Positions 17,786 through 27,560 of a stretch of 64,000 nucleotides of DNA are shown piece after piece. The stretch is from an uncultured virus (IMG/VR IMGVR_UViG_2706794521_000001) (taxonomy: Duplodnaviria; Heunggongvirae; Uroviricota; Caudoviricetes): the IMG/VR virus record IMGVR_UViG_2706794521_000001, positions 1 to 64,000 of that record. The stretch is one strand, 5' to 3'. Every line of letters begins with the position of its first letter. The stretch's first letter is position 1. The notes under the pieces are model-generated. The model was not told the origin of the DNA, searched no databases, and saw nothing but the letters and a program-made list of their open reading frames with translations. The position numbers and the translations under genes are program-made.

Positions 17786-20700
17786 TCAGATCGAGAACGC
17801 GCGCAGGTCATTGACCGATGGCCGCGCCGCCGGCGTGCCGGTCAGCGTCAAGCGAATGCGGCCCTGGACTGCGGTGTAGCTTGCATCCGAGAACGTCCTT
17901 TCGAGTGAGCCGTCGGCAAGTGCCTCGGCTGAGACCTGCGGCAGGACCTGGAACACGTCGTCCGCCGCGTCGTTCTCAACGACGAGCGTCGAGCCGACCG
18001 GCAGTTTGGTCTTCATCACCGCATCGAGCCTGACTGCCGTGCCCATGGCGAAGGCGCGGCTGACATAGACGCCTGACGCCTGCATGGTGCCGAGGATGGC
18101 GAGCACGTCGCGCCCCATGATCGGCGACACCTTCTCGGTGCCGGTCAGGACGGCGCGCAGCGCGACATTGCCGGAAAAGAAGCTCTGCCGCTCCCATACC
18201 TGGCCGGGTTCCACCCGGACCGGCTGCTCGCCTTCCGGCTCGATCTCGAACAGCAGCCGCGTGTCGCCGGTGGGCAGGAAGACCTGCGCCTCGGCGATGA
18301 AGTCGGACAGGTCGAAGGCGGCGATCGTGCCGAGCGCGACCGTCTTCGAGACTGGCGAGAACTTGGCGCCGTTGATGCGGAACGTCAGATCCTCGTCCTG
18401 ATGCGCGGTCCAGGTCGACGCGTTCGACGAGGAGAAGCGGACGCCGACCGTATAAGGCTGGGCGCCGATGAATTCCTGCCGGGCAGCATCGAAGCCGCCG
18501 CGCGCCGCCAGCGAGACCGAATGGTCGGGATCGTTGGTCTTCAGCACGAAGGCGGTTTCCTGCCCCTGCGGCACGAAGACAGGCGGGTCGAAGGTGAACT
18601 TGTGCCAGGTGCCGATCAGCGCCGAATGCATGTCGGTTTCGGTCTGGGCAATGACATCCGTGGTCGGATAGCCATTGTCCATCGCCACGATCTCGCACAG
18701 CACCGGCTGGTTGACGTCGCCAATGGCGCAGAATTTCACATCAATCGAAGCGATGTGGCGGCCTTCCGTAAACTGGAAAGACTGCGCCACCGGGTCGGTG
18801 TTGCCGCGACCACCGGGACCGCCGTCGCTATCCTGCCTCTGCCCACCTCGAGCCGGAGCTTCCTGAAAGCGCTGGACCGTAGTCAATTGCTGGTTCGTGA
18901 TCAGTTCGATCCGACCTTGTCCGGTGAACTGCGACTGCGCCGTCGAGTCGCCGCCGCCGACTGCCGATACATCTTTGGTGCCGGACGCAACATTGGCCGG
19001 AATGGTAAAGGTCCCGGTGACACGTCCATTGGCATCGCCGACCAGCGGGCCTGCTGGCGTCACGTCCAGATGGTCGAAGGTGAGGCTGGCCAGCGTCTCG
19101 CCGGCACCGAAGCCGTCGATGACGAAGGCTACCGATATCTGCCGCAGGAAGCGGGCCGTCACTTCGCGCGTAGACGAGATGATCTCGGTCGTGGTGACCC
19201 GACTGCGGTTGCCCTGGCCGAAGACCTGCGTTTCCGGCGACAGCCAGTCGGTATGCGTCTCGGTCCAGAAATCCTGCGATGGCGTGATCGTCATCTTCGC
19301 CGGCAGGGGCGCGAAGGCCTGGTAGGGATTGATCTTGGTGCAGCCGGTCACGGCTTCCTGTGCGACGACGAGCTCCTCGGTGAAGTTGAGATATTGCGCG
19401 CCGGCGAGCGATATCTCCTCGAAGGTCGGCATGATCGGGATCTGGAACGAGCCGCTGAAGACGGCGCCGTTCTGTGCTTCGCCAGCGTCACGATAGCGAT
19501 CGTCGTTGAACGGGTCGACAAAGACGCCCTTCTTGGCGACCGGCTCGCGCGACGAGATGTCGAGTTGCAGGCGATCGAGCGCGATCAGGTCGAGCGCGTC
19601 GACCAGGCGATTGTACATGCGATCGATGGTCGAGAACGGATAGGCGCGGATGCCGTTGTTGAGCACGATGGGCGTGCCGAACCAATCATTCTCGACCACG
19701 CAAAGCGACAGCAGTGTCGCCGGCGTCGCCGGTGGCTGCGGCTGCTCGATCGCGGCGACGCCCTTGAGGTAGACGACCAGGCCGTTGCGGTCGAGGCAGA
19801 TGCGGTCGAAGCGCGGCAGCTTGTAACTGTAGGTCACGAAGATGGCCCCGCCGGTTACACCGCCGGAAATCGTCACGCCAGACGCGCTGACAGCATCCGG
19901 AACGACGGCTTCGAGGTAGCGATAGGTCACGTCGTAAGACGACCCGCCGGCCGGCTCGGCGCCGCCAGGCGCCCAATCGACACGATCTCCGGTCCGGAGA
20001 TAGTCGGTCGTCACCGCATATGTGGTCGCCCCTTGTTCGACCAGGGATATCGAGGTGACGCCGGCGTGGCCGAGAAGATCGGTTGTTCCGGCCACGGCTC
20101 CGCGAAGAACCGTTTCGGTCGTTTCCTTCTCGACGATCACGGTCGACACCGAATTGATCGGCGTCCGGTTGAGCGCGATGACGGCGGTGCCACTGCCTGC
20201 ATCGGCGAAGGTGTGCGGCTCGGACGCGATGTTGAGCACGTCGGGCGCCTCTAGCTCGCCATAGCGAGTCGCCGTATTGCGGGTGCGCTTGTAGCCGAGG
20301 ATGTTGGCGGTGCCTTCCTCGATCGAGAACCACTGCTTGCCAGTGGTGAGCCCGAGCGGCGTCACCCGGCAGCCGCGTGCGATGTAGTTCTCATGGGCAT
20401 CATAGTCGTAGACAGCGATCGCCTGATTGAAGCCGGACAGGCTGGGCGGGGCGACCTGGTCGACGACAAAGCCGTCGCGAAGCTGGTAGACCCTGTAGAG
20501 GTCGCCATCCTCGCCGTCGCCGTCCCAGCCCCATGACAGCGACAGCACCTCGCGAACGGCACCATCCTCTTCGAACGATGCCGTGCCTTCCTGTAGGCCG
20601 AGAAGCGTCGGATCCTCTTCGTGGGTGACGACGGTCGACAGCGCTCTCACGCCGATGACGACATCACCGGTCATCGCAACGGCAGTGAGAACCGCGGCAG

Positions 20701-20989
20701 GGACCGAGCGGACGTCGCCGCGAATGTAAATCTGGCCGGCGGCGAGAGTGACGGTAGTAGCGTCGACGTCGACGATGATGTCGGAGCCGCTGACGCGGTC
20801 GCCATCTCTGGCGATGAGGTTGCCGATATTGGTCCGCTTGCGCCCCTCGATCGAGAACGCTTCGTTGATCTCAGCCCCTTGCGCGAACTTGCCTTCGCGG
20901 ATGTAGACGCGCTCGCGCAGCGCCGAAGCGCGCGAACGGTCATAGATGTCCGGGAAGGCCTCGAACGGACGATAGTCGTCAAGCGCCAT
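17786..20989 (-). CDS. large baseplate protein, DUF4815-like
   Basis: QGAEINE, KKGVFVDPFNDD, DPVAQSF, FSSSNASTWTAHQDEDL. Confidence 0.85.
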   Translation of the reverse strand: MALDDYRPFEAFPDIYDRSRASALRERVYIREGKFAQGAEINEAFSIEGRKRTNIGNLIARDGDRVSGSDIIVDVDATTVTLAAGQIYIRGDVRSVPAAVLTAVAMTGDVVIGVRALSTVVTHEEDPTLLGLQEGTASFEEDGAVREVLSLSWGWDGDGEDGDLYRVYQLRDGFVVDQVAPPSLSGFNQAIAVYDYDAHENYIARGCRVTPLGLTTGKQWFSIEEGTANILGYKRTRNTATRYGELEAPDVLNIASEPHTFADAGSGTAVIALNRTPINSVSTVIVEKETTETVLRGAVAGTTDLLGHAGVTSISLVEQGATTYAVTTDYLRTGDRVDWAPGGAEPAGGSSYDVTYRYLEAVVPDAVSASGVTISGGVTGGAIFVTYSYKLPRFDRICLDRNGLVVYLKGVAAIEQPQPPATPATLLSLCVVENDWFGTPIVLNNGIRAYPFSTIDRMYNRLVDALDLIALDRLQLDISSREPVAKKGVFVDPFNDDRYRDAGEAQNGAVFSGSFQIPIMPTFEEISLAGAQYLNFTEELVVAQEAVTGCTKINPYQAFAPLPAKMTITPSQDFWTETHTDWLSPETQVFGQGNRSRVTTTEIISSTREVTARFLRQISVAFVIDGFGAGETLASLTFDHLDVTPAGPLVGDANGRVTGTFTIPANVASGTKDVSAVGGGDSTAQSQFTGQGRIELITNQQLTTVQRFQEAPARGGQRQDSDGGPGGRGNTDPVAQSFQFTEGRHIASIDVKFCAIGDVNQPVLCEIVAMDNGYPTTDVIAQTETDMHSALIGTWHKFTFDPPVFVPQGQETAFVLKTNDPDHSVSLAARGGFDAARQEFIGAQPYTVGVRFSSSNASTWTAHQDEDLTFRINGAKFSPVSKTVALGTIAAFDLSDFIAEAQVFLPTGDTRLLFEIEPEGEQPVRVEPGQVWERQSFFSGNVALRAVLTGTEKVSPIMGRDVLAILGTMQASGVYVSRAFAMGTAVRLDAVMKTKLPVGSTLVVENDAADDVFQVLPQVSAEALADGSLERTFSDASYTAVQGRIRLTLTGTPAARPSVNDLRAFSI

Positions 20990-20993
20990 GGGT

Positions 20994-22085
20994 TCAGATT
21001 TCCAATGTGAGCGTTACGTGCTGCCGCACGGTGCGGCGGAAGGTAAAGTCGAGCGGCACCGAGCCGATCTTCATGTCGGCCGCGTAGAAGCCATCGTCGA
21101 AAACGATCTCGTCCGGTGCCAGCCAAAGCTTGCCTGGCTTCGCCGCGTCGGCGTTGCCGGCGCGGAAGACGAGGGCGCAAGTTGCCGCCGTCTGGCCTTC
21201 GCCATCGCCGAAACCGGTCCGGCACTCGACCTGCAACGTGATCGTCTCGCCGACGGCGTCGATACTCGTGACGTCCTGGAACGAAAGTGGTCGGCGGTAG
21301 CCGATCGCCTCGCCGCCGCTGTTGTAAAAGCCGACATAGACCGGCAGCCGCAGCATCAGGAACGCCTTGAACGCGGCAACGTCCTCGACTCCGTCCCACG
21401 AAATGCCAGGGGCATCCCAAGGGAAGTCGCCCCATTCGAGCTCGTCGCCCTCATGCACGTCGACGCCGAGCGTAATCCGTTGCGGTTGGCCGGCTACGAT
21501 AGAGCCGGCATCATCCTCGCCGTGGCTCCATTTGACCGAGCCGCCGTCGACTCGAGCACCGCTGTCGTCGCCCCAGATGGCGTCCCCCCAGCGACCCTGC
21601 GCCCATTCAAGGGTGCGAAAGTCGTAGCCGTGCCAGCCTCTGAAGAAGAACGACCGGGCAGGATCCGACAGGCCGGCCAGGTATTCGGCGTCGAGCAGGA
21701 CCGGCAACTCAATGTCGGGGACCCGGCCCATTCCGATCTGGTAGCGGTTCCAGTTCCGTCGCGCCGCCTTCTGGTCGTCAATGTCGAGGTCGATATATTG
21801 CAGCCAGGCAAGGGCAGTTGCGACGGCAAGCGGTGTGCCGCGGATCCGCTGCCATGGAATGCCAGCAGCGATCAGCATGTTGGCGTCGTTGAAATACGAC
21901 GATATCGGGCCGAGCCCATACTCCGCGACGATCCACGGTGCGAAGCTTGCCGGCAGGACCGGCTGGTACTTCAGGCCACGGCCGGCGTCGATCGTCGGTC
22001 CGAAATAGCTGAGACGGTCGAGCGATTCCGAGACAGACCGCTCGAGCGCGGTCGCGTTGCCTGGCAGCAGATGGTCAGCCATCAA
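20994..22085 (-). CDS. P2 GpI-like baseplate/tail protein
   Basis: LLPGNATALE, PWIVAEYGLG, GIPWQRIRGTP. Confidence 0.85.
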   Translation of the reverse strand: MMADHLLPGNATALERSVSESLDRLSYFGPTIDAGRGLKYQPVLPASFAPWIVAEYGLGPISSYFNDANMLIAAGIPWQRIRGTPLAVATALAWLQYIDLDIDDQKAARRNWNRYQIGMGRVPDIELPVLLDAEYLAGLSDPARSFFFRGWHGYDFRTLEWAQGRWGDAIWGDDSGARVDGGSVKWSHGEDDAGSIVAGQPQRITLGVDVHEGDELEWGDFPWDAPGISWDGVEDVAAFKAFLMLRLPVYVGFYNSGGEAIGYRRPLSFQDVTSIDAVGETITLQVECRTGFGDGEGQTAATCALVFRAGNADAAKPGKLWLAPDEIVFDDGFYAADMKIGSVPLDFTFRRTVRQHVTLTLEI

Positions 22086-22936
22086 CGTTGGCGACCCGAG
22101 AATGTGAGCGCGACCGTGCCGATGGCAATAGCAGTGTTTCCGTCGACGACGACGGAGGCTGCCGGAGCCGTCACCTCAACCTTTGCGACACCGACCGCGT
22201 GCAGCTTCGACGCGATCCACGAAGAATTGAGATCGAAGCCGATGCCGCCCTCGGCAGACCATGCCGCCCGCAAGGCTGCCTCGAGGCCGTCAAAGACAGC
22301 CATTGGCGTGTCGGGCAGCAGCCAAACCTTCGCGGCAATGTTGGATGTGACCTGAGTGGCCGCTAGAACCTCAACCACGTCGCTGACCACGCGCACGCCT
22401 GCCGCTGACACTGCCGAGGTTACGGCCGCCAGCATCGCGGCATCCGGAACACCACCATTGTCCGACGACAGCAACGCGATCCGTATGTTCGGACCGCCAT
22501 CGACCCGGTACACCCGGACCTCTTTGACCCGCACGTCGGCCGATCGGGCAACGAACATGTAGCGCTCTTCCGGACCGGCCGGGGACCGGCCCTGGATCGC
22601 CAGGACAACGCGCGAGCGCAAAGCCTCGTCAGTTTCGCCGGTCAACCGGATGACATCGTAGAAACCGGCCAGGTGATCGAGATCCGATCCGGTCGCGAAG
22701 GCGACCAGATTGGCCCGCGCCGCGTCATTGACGCGGGCGCGCAGCAGAACCTCACGATAGGCCGCAGCCTCGAGGATAATCTTCACCGGATCGGTTTCGA
22801 GGTTGCCCACGTCGTAGTCGACGCCGGCGGCGGTGAAGCGCACGATCACGTCGGCCACCAGAGCATCGACGACTGCTTCGAAGTCCAACGTCTCGATGAT
22901 CGCTGGCGCGGACAGCGTCGAGAAGTCGAGCGACAT
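22082..22936 (-). CDS. baseplate assembly protein J
   Basis: PAIIETLDFE, RVNDAARANLVAFATGSDLDHL, GETDEALR. Confidence 0.93.
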   Translation of the reverse strand: MSLDFSTLSAPAIIETLDFEAVVDALVADVIVRFTAAGVDYDVGNLETDPVKIILEAAAYREVLLRARVNDAARANLVAFATGSDLDHLAGFYDVIRLTGETDEALRSRVVLAIQGRSPAGPEERYMFVARSADVRVKEVRVYRVDGGPNIRIALLSSDNGGVPDAAMLAAVTSAVSAAGVRVVSDVVEVLAATQVTSNIAAKVWLLPDTPMAVFDGLEAALRAAWSAEGGIGFDLNSSWIASKLHAVGVAKVEVTAPAASVVVDGNTAIAIGTVALTFSGRQR

Positions 22937-22945
22937 CTATGAGCC

Positions 22946-23326
22946 TCAGATCGAAGGTTTCAGGGTGACGGTCCCGCCGTCGATCGAGACGAAGAGCCTG
23001 GCCTGCTCCCAATCGAGATGGCCATACGGCAGGTGCTTGCCGTTGATGGTGAAATCGCCGTAGCCGAGCCGGTTGACGTCGTTGACGACGAATTGGACGA
23101 CCTTGAAGCGGGGCTCGAACAGCTCGACCAGCATCCACAGGACGTTGAACCAAAGCAGGATGGTCCGCGATGTCGCATTCTCGCCCAAGAGGCGCAGCCC
23201 GGGGTTGCCGAACCACTCGCGCATCGCGCGCTCGCCCTGAAAGGTGGTAAAGATCTTGCCGAGGCTCTGCTCGACGTGCGGGAAGCCGTCGAGGACGGCT
23301 CCGCTCGTCGCGTCGATGCCTGCCAC
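22946..23326 (-). CDS. baseplate wedge protein W/gp25-like
   Basis: GIDATSG...HVEQSLGKIFTT...ERAMREWFG...FEPRF. Confidence 0.9.
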   Translation of the reverse strand: MAGIDATSGAVLDGFPHVEQSLGKIFTTFQGERAMREWFGNPGLRLLGENATSRTILLWFNVLWMLVELFEPRFKVVQFVVNDVNRLGYGDFTINGKHLPYGHLDWEQARLFVSIDGGTVTLKPSI

Positions 23327-23328
23327 GG

Positions 23329-23514
23329 TCAGGCTTTCTTCGCCTTCTTGGCGGCGTCATCCGACTTTGCGGGGGCTTCCTCGGTGAGGTAGCCCTGCCG
23401 GAGAGCGTGCTCGGCCTGCGCCTCGGTCAGCGCGATCGGTATTCCTTCGCCCGGGTTGGGAACGCCGGCGACCGTTTTGCCGGCCAGAGCAGTTGGATAA
23501 TAGGCCTTTTTCAT
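23329..23514 (-). CDS. small hypothetical protein
   Basis: 61 aa, AGGAGG RBS, in operon. Confidence 0.65.
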   Translation of the reverse strand: MKKAYYPTALAGKTVAGVPNPGEGIPIALTEAQAEHALRQGYLTEEAPAKSDDAAKKAKKA

Positions 23515-23523
23515 GTGATCCTC

Positions 23524-24081
23524 CTATACGGGCACGTCGGTGTCCGAACCGCCAGATTCGACGCCGCCGTGCTTGTGGGTGTCGCCGATTTCCTTGTCAT
23601 TGTGCTTCATCGACGAGCCGTGCGTGACAAATTCGTCTGCCTGGACACTGAGCTTCGAGCCCGATATCTCGACCGTCGTGTCGCCGACCTGAAACTTCAG
23701 GCCACCGGACACCAGGGTGATGGTGACGTCCCCGAACGTGAGCTTGTGCTCGCCACCATCCTGCGACGGCGAGGGATTCTCGTCCGTCCAGTGATAAGGT
23801 TCCGCCATGCCCTGCTCGAGATCACCGGCCTCTGACCGGATCACCATCACCTGACCGAGCGACGGCATGCTGTGCAGCTTCAACGCCCCGGCAACTTGAC
23901 CGACCGGAACCCATGGCGACAGCACATTGTCTCCGTCATCATCCTTTCCGAGGACTAGGCGCACCAGATGGTTCGTGGCGTCGACATCATTGACCTTCCC
24001 GACCCAATGGCTGCCGGCCAGCCGCCGTTCATGTTCCTGCAGCCGCTCAAATACGGAGCGCAGAACGCGGTGAAGGCTCAT
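23524..24081 (-). CDS. baseplate spike protein V
   Basis: SPWVP...PSLGQV; C-terminal IGDTHKHGGVESG metal-binding tip. Confidence 0.92.
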   Translation of the reverse strand: MSLHRVLRSVFERLQEHERRLAGSHWVGKVNDVDATNHLVRLVLGKDDDGDNVLSPWVPVGQVAGALKLHSMPSLGQVMVIRSEAGDLEQGMAEPYHWTDENPSPSQDGGEHKLTFGDVTITLVSGGLKFQVGDTTVEISGSKLSVQADEFVTHGSSMKHNDKEIGDTHKHGGVESGGSDTDVPV

Positions 24082-24878
24082 GGCACCTGCTGAGGCGGAA
24101 CGATCTCGCCTTGCTGCGGCGCGTCGACGTCCTCGAGGTCCGGCACGCTGCCATCGCCTTCGTCCACTGAACCCGACAGCGGCGCGAGGCCGGTCGCCTC
24201 GAATGCCGCATCGGTCAGGCCAAAATTCGTCTGGAACAGCTCGTAGTCGTGCAGTCCTGCCGGGTCTTCGACCAGTCCTTTAATGTGGTCGGCCAGGACC
24301 TCGCCTTCGGAGCCGGCGCCATCGGCGCGCAGCAGCGCGTCCATTTCCAGCCAGGCACCATAGAGCGGCCTGCCGAAGTCGGCGTCGGCGACGCAATCAA
24401 GTTCATAGACGATCTCCATGCATGGGATCTTCACCCCGCCCTGGATCTCGACGAGCACAAAGCGGCTCACCTTGTCGTCGATCTTGAGCACGAACCGACG
24501 CCAGACCTTCACCCAAGCCGGCACGCCATAGTGCATCGCCGCGTCGATCTGCCGGCCGATCGTGTTGAGCGCCAAGCCGGCCCCGACATTGTCGATCTCG
24601 AACGTGACCGAGTCGGGCAGTTCTATCTTCGACGGCGGCAGATACACGTAGATGTTCGTGCGGACGATCTGGCAGCCGCCCTGCGTCTCGAGTCCAACTG
24701 GCTTGCCTTTCGCCTCGCCGGTGTAGATGGCAATCACCGGCCTTGGTTTCGCATTGGCCGCGCGCAGGGTCTCGGTGATTGGGTCGAGAGGCTGATCGTA
24801 AATCTGGTCCTGCGCCCACGTCCGGCCGGCGAGAAGCCGCGCCAGCATAATGCGCGTGGCGAGACTGATAAGGCTCAT
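24078..24878 (-). CDS. putative tail completion/terminator protein
   Basis: MSLISLATRI...; position between head-tail joining and V. Confidence 0.6.
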   Translation of the reverse strand: MSLISLATRIMLARLLAGRTWAQDQIYDQPLDPITETLRAANAKPRPVIAIYTGEAKGKPVGLETQGGCQIVRTNIYVYLPPSKIELPDSVTFEIDNVGAGLALNTIGRQIDAAMHYGVPAWVKVWRRFVLKIDDKVSRFVLVEIQGGVKIPCMEIVYELDCVADADFGRPLYGAWLEMDALLRADGAGSEGEVLADHIKGLVEDPAGLHDYELFQTNFGLTDAAFEATGLAPLSGSVDEGDGSVPDLEDVDAPQQGEIVPPQQVP

Positions 24879-25276
24879 GCCGGCACACAGATGCAAACGA
24901 TGCGGCCGAGCTCGTCCGGATCCGTGCGGATAACGCGCAGCTTCACGCCCGACCGCGTCGGGTCGAGCAGCCAGATCTCGTCACCGTCAACCGGCCACGC
25001 GTCGCGGGTAGCGAAGCGCGAGTCCGTGTAGGAGACATGGATCTTGTCGGCAGCCAGACCGGGCTGAAATCCATCGTATTGGCCCTGGTCCTTCGGACGG
25101 GCCATGATCGGGTTGTAGTCGACCACGCCGACGACATCGATGTCGGCGCGACCTCCGTCCGCGGACCGGGAGAAATACTGGCCTGCGACCTTTCGAGCGA
25201 CGCGCGTGGGCTCACCCATGAGCGCGTCGACCTCGGCCGAAACCAGCGTTTCCAGATCCGCGAACGGCGTTGTCAT
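24875..25276 (-). CDS. head-tail joining protein (gpFII-like)
   Basis: 133 aa directly after the capsid gene; VDALMGEP...PVDGDEI. Confidence 0.6.
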   Translation of the reverse strand: MTTPFADLETLVSAEVDALMGEPTRVARKVAGQYFSRSADGGRADIDVVGVVDYNPIMARPKDQGQYDGFQPGLAADKIHVSYTDSRFATRDAWPVDGDEIWLLDPTRSGVKLRVIRTDPDELGRIVCICVPA

Positions 25277-25289
25277 CTGGGAGGACGAC

Positions 25290-26333
25290 TTAGGTCCGGC
25301 GGGCGCGCATGAGCACGCGCGGGCGGGTGCAGTAGTGCAGGACGTTCGATTGGAATTCCAGGTTGACACCCTTGTCGTTCGGCATCTGCCACTGCTTGGC
25401 GTACATCTCGAGCCCCATGGTGTTGACGGTCTCGATATAATCGGCCGGAGCGTAGACCGAGCGGAAGAGGCCGGGAACGCCGAGCGGAACGAACTTGGCT
25501 TCGTTGGTGTCGATGCCGATCGTCTGCCCGCCGCGGTAGTTGACCCAGGTGATGTCGAAAAGGGTGAAGGAACCCCAGACACCCTGCTGGACGCTGCCAT
25601 TGTTGTTCTGGATGTAGGCCTGGCGGAGCGTGATCGCTTCGGCGATGTTCTTGTAGGTATCGCGAACTTCCTTGTGCGCGATGAGATCGTCGAAGAACGC
25701 GTCGCCGCAAAGTGCCATGACACCGGAGTAGGGAAGGCCGTCCAGGGTTGTTCCCATCGAGCGTGTCAGGGCAGTCGCCTTCTTGCGAAGGATGCCGTCG
25801 GCAGGCGCGGCATTGTCGAGGTCCCAATCGACCTCCGCTGCCACCGCCTCACCCATCTCGGTGTAGTAGTTGAACAGGATAGAACCGTCGGCGTCGAGGA
25901 GTTGACCCTTCGTGATGACGCTGAGGCGATGGTATTCCTCGGTCAGTGCGAAGGACTGGCGGACCTCGGCGCCGCGATTGGCGATCTTGTTTTGGAAGGT
26001 CTCGACGGCCCTTTCCTGGCCAAACGCGCGCACGCTCTGCACCTCGTCGGCGTAGATGGCGTCGTCGACCTGGAAGTGAGGCACGCCGAGCCTGCGCATG
26101 GCACGGCGATTCCTGCCGAACGTCTTGCCGGGCGCGCCGCGAGGCGAGGCTGGCACGAGGAAGACGTTCTGGTCTTTGTCCTTCTCGATGACCACGTCGA
26201 GGGTGTCGATCGAGGTCGTCTGGAAGAGACCGAGGCTGCTGATGAAGCTCGGCACGTATTTCAGTTCACGCATCGCATCGGACATCGTCGTGACCGAAAA
26301 TGCGTCTTGGTCGAAGATATCGAGCACAGACAT
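25290..26333 (-). CDS. major capsid protein (lambda gpE family)
   Basis: DIFDQDAFSVTTM, ADEVQSVRAFG, YAPADYIETVNTMG, QSNVLHYCTRP. Confidence 0.93.
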   Translation of the reverse strand: MSVLDIFDQDAFSVTTMSDAMRELKYVPSFISSLGLFQTTSIDTLDVVIEKDKDQNVFLVPASPRGAPGKTFGRNRRAMRRLGVPHFQVDDAIYADEVQSVRAFGQERAVETFQNKIANRGAEVRQSFALTEEYHRLSVITKGQLLDADGSILFNYYTEMGEAVAAEVDWDLDNAAPADGILRKKATALTRSMGTTLDGLPYSGVMALCGDAFFDDLIAHKEVRDTYKNIAEAITLRQAYIQNNNGSVQQGVWGSFTLFDITWVNYRGGQTIGIDTNEAKFVPLGVPGLFRSVYAPADYIETVNTMGLEMYAKQWQMPNDKGVNLEFQSNVLHYCTRPRVLMRARRT

Positions 26334-26346
26334 TGTGTTTTTCCCA

Positions 26347-26373
26347 CAAAAAAGCCCTGCGGATGGCAGGGCT
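26347..26373 (-). terminator. terminator-like hairpin immediately upstream of the capsid gene
   Basis: AGCCCTGC-GGATG-GCAGGGCT followed by T6 on the minus strand. Confidence 0.7.
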
Positions 26374-26431
26374 GATGGACCGATGCGGCGGCGCCGCGGT
26401 TAAGAGCCGGCGGGCGTACCCGCCGGGAACG

Positions 26432-27103
26432 CTAGTTGCGGAGGATGATCTGAAGCTTCTCGAGTTCCTGCGTCGCGTCCGCCTTCTGGCCAGCAGTGAT
26501 GCCGGCCGGCCAGGCGATGCAGTTGCCGTTCAGCTCGGCCTCACGGACGATCGCCGCGATGCCAATACGAGCATCCGCCGGCGTGGTGGCCGGATAGATC
26601 GCGTAGCCGCCGGGGATCTCGGCGCCGTCGGTGGCTGTCGGGTCGAACGCAACCCATTCATAGTCGACGCCGTCGGCCGCCACAGTGACGGTGAAGCGGT
26701 CGCCAGCCACGAAGTCCGTCGCATCGGCGATCGTGAACTTGATCTCCTTGGTGAAGGCGACGCCAACCGTGGCCTTGCCGATCGACTTGCCCGAGGGGTC
26801 GAACACCTCGAAGGTGCCGGCGTTGGTCGCGGGTTCGGTGCAGATGACGTTGTAGACGCCGTCCTTCACCTTCGAAGAGACCGCCGGGTTGGCGAGGGTG
26901 AGCGCGCCTCCACCGGCAGTGTTGCCCGCGTCGGCCGCCGCAGTGGCGACGATATCGGCGACAACAGCCTTCTTTGCGATCAGACTGTTGGCGACGATGG
27001 TCTGCGAGAACGCGATCTTCACGGCCTCGCGCGAGCGGTGCCAGTGAGCCTCGCTCATGATGGCCTCACCGGGATGGAGGCCTTCCGTAAGCACGGTTAC
27101 CAT
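26432..27103 (-). CDS. head decoration protein (gpD-like)
   Basis: LTEGLHPGEAIMSEA...RSRE, DPTATDGAE, L.KLQIILR C-terminus. Confidence 0.85.
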   Translation of the reverse strand: MVTVLTEGLHPGEAIMSEAHWHRSREAVKIAFSQTIVANSLIAKKAVVADIVATAAADAGNTAGGGALTLANPAVSSKVKDGVYNVICTEPATNAGTFEVFDPSGKSIGKATVGVAFTKEIKFTIADATDFVAGDRFTVTVAADGVDYEWVAFDPTATDGAEIPGGYAIYPATTPADARIGIAAIVREAELNGNCIAWPAGITAGQKADATQELEKLQIILRN

Positions 27104-27149
27104 TTGAAAACTCCGTTATGGAAGTTGGGATGACCGGGTGGAACGGGCT

Positions 27150-27560
27150 TCAGTTCACGCGGCGGTTTGCGTTGGTGACAGCCTTGCCCCAGCCGGCGGC
27201 GACCGTGGCGCTGGCCTCGGTCGAGTCCTGGGTGCCGAGGCCGAGAGCTCCGGCCTCCGCCTTCTTCTTTTCGAACGCCTTCGCCTTGGCGGCGGCTTCA
27301 TCGGCGGCCGCCTTGGCGGGATCGACCGCCGGTGTTTTGGCGTCAACAGCCGCCTTGGTGTCCTCGGCAGCGGCATTCAGGAAGGAAATCGCGGTCTCGG
27401 ACGAGAGGTCGGCGTCGACCAGCAACTTTGCCAGCTTTGGATGCGCCTTGGCCGCCTCGGTGCCGGTGATTGCCGAGATGCGGGTGCGTTCGTCTGACTT
27501 GGCCTTGGCTGCGGCTTCCGCCTGAATCTTGGCAATGTCAGCCGTTTCGGTGGTGCTCAT
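27150..27560 (-). CDS. nested scaffold protein (Nu3-like internal start)
   Basis: In-frame ATG preceded by GGAGG-ATCCTTC; Ala/Lys-rich ERTRISAI region. Confidence 0.65.
   Translation of the reverse strand: MSTTETADIAKIQAEAAAKAKSDERTRISAITGTEAAKAHPKLAKLLVDADLSSETAISFLNAAAEDTKAAVDAKTPAVDPAKAAADEAAAKAKAFEKKKAEAGALGLGTQDSTEASATVAAGWGKAVTNANRRVN

Noticed and set aside
18401..20254. 617-aa plus-strand ORF, and similar long ORFs at 20988-22355, 25140-26375, 32084-33388 and 60771-62249
   Set aside because: Antisense shadows of well-supported genes in high-GC DNA, with no recognisable motifs.
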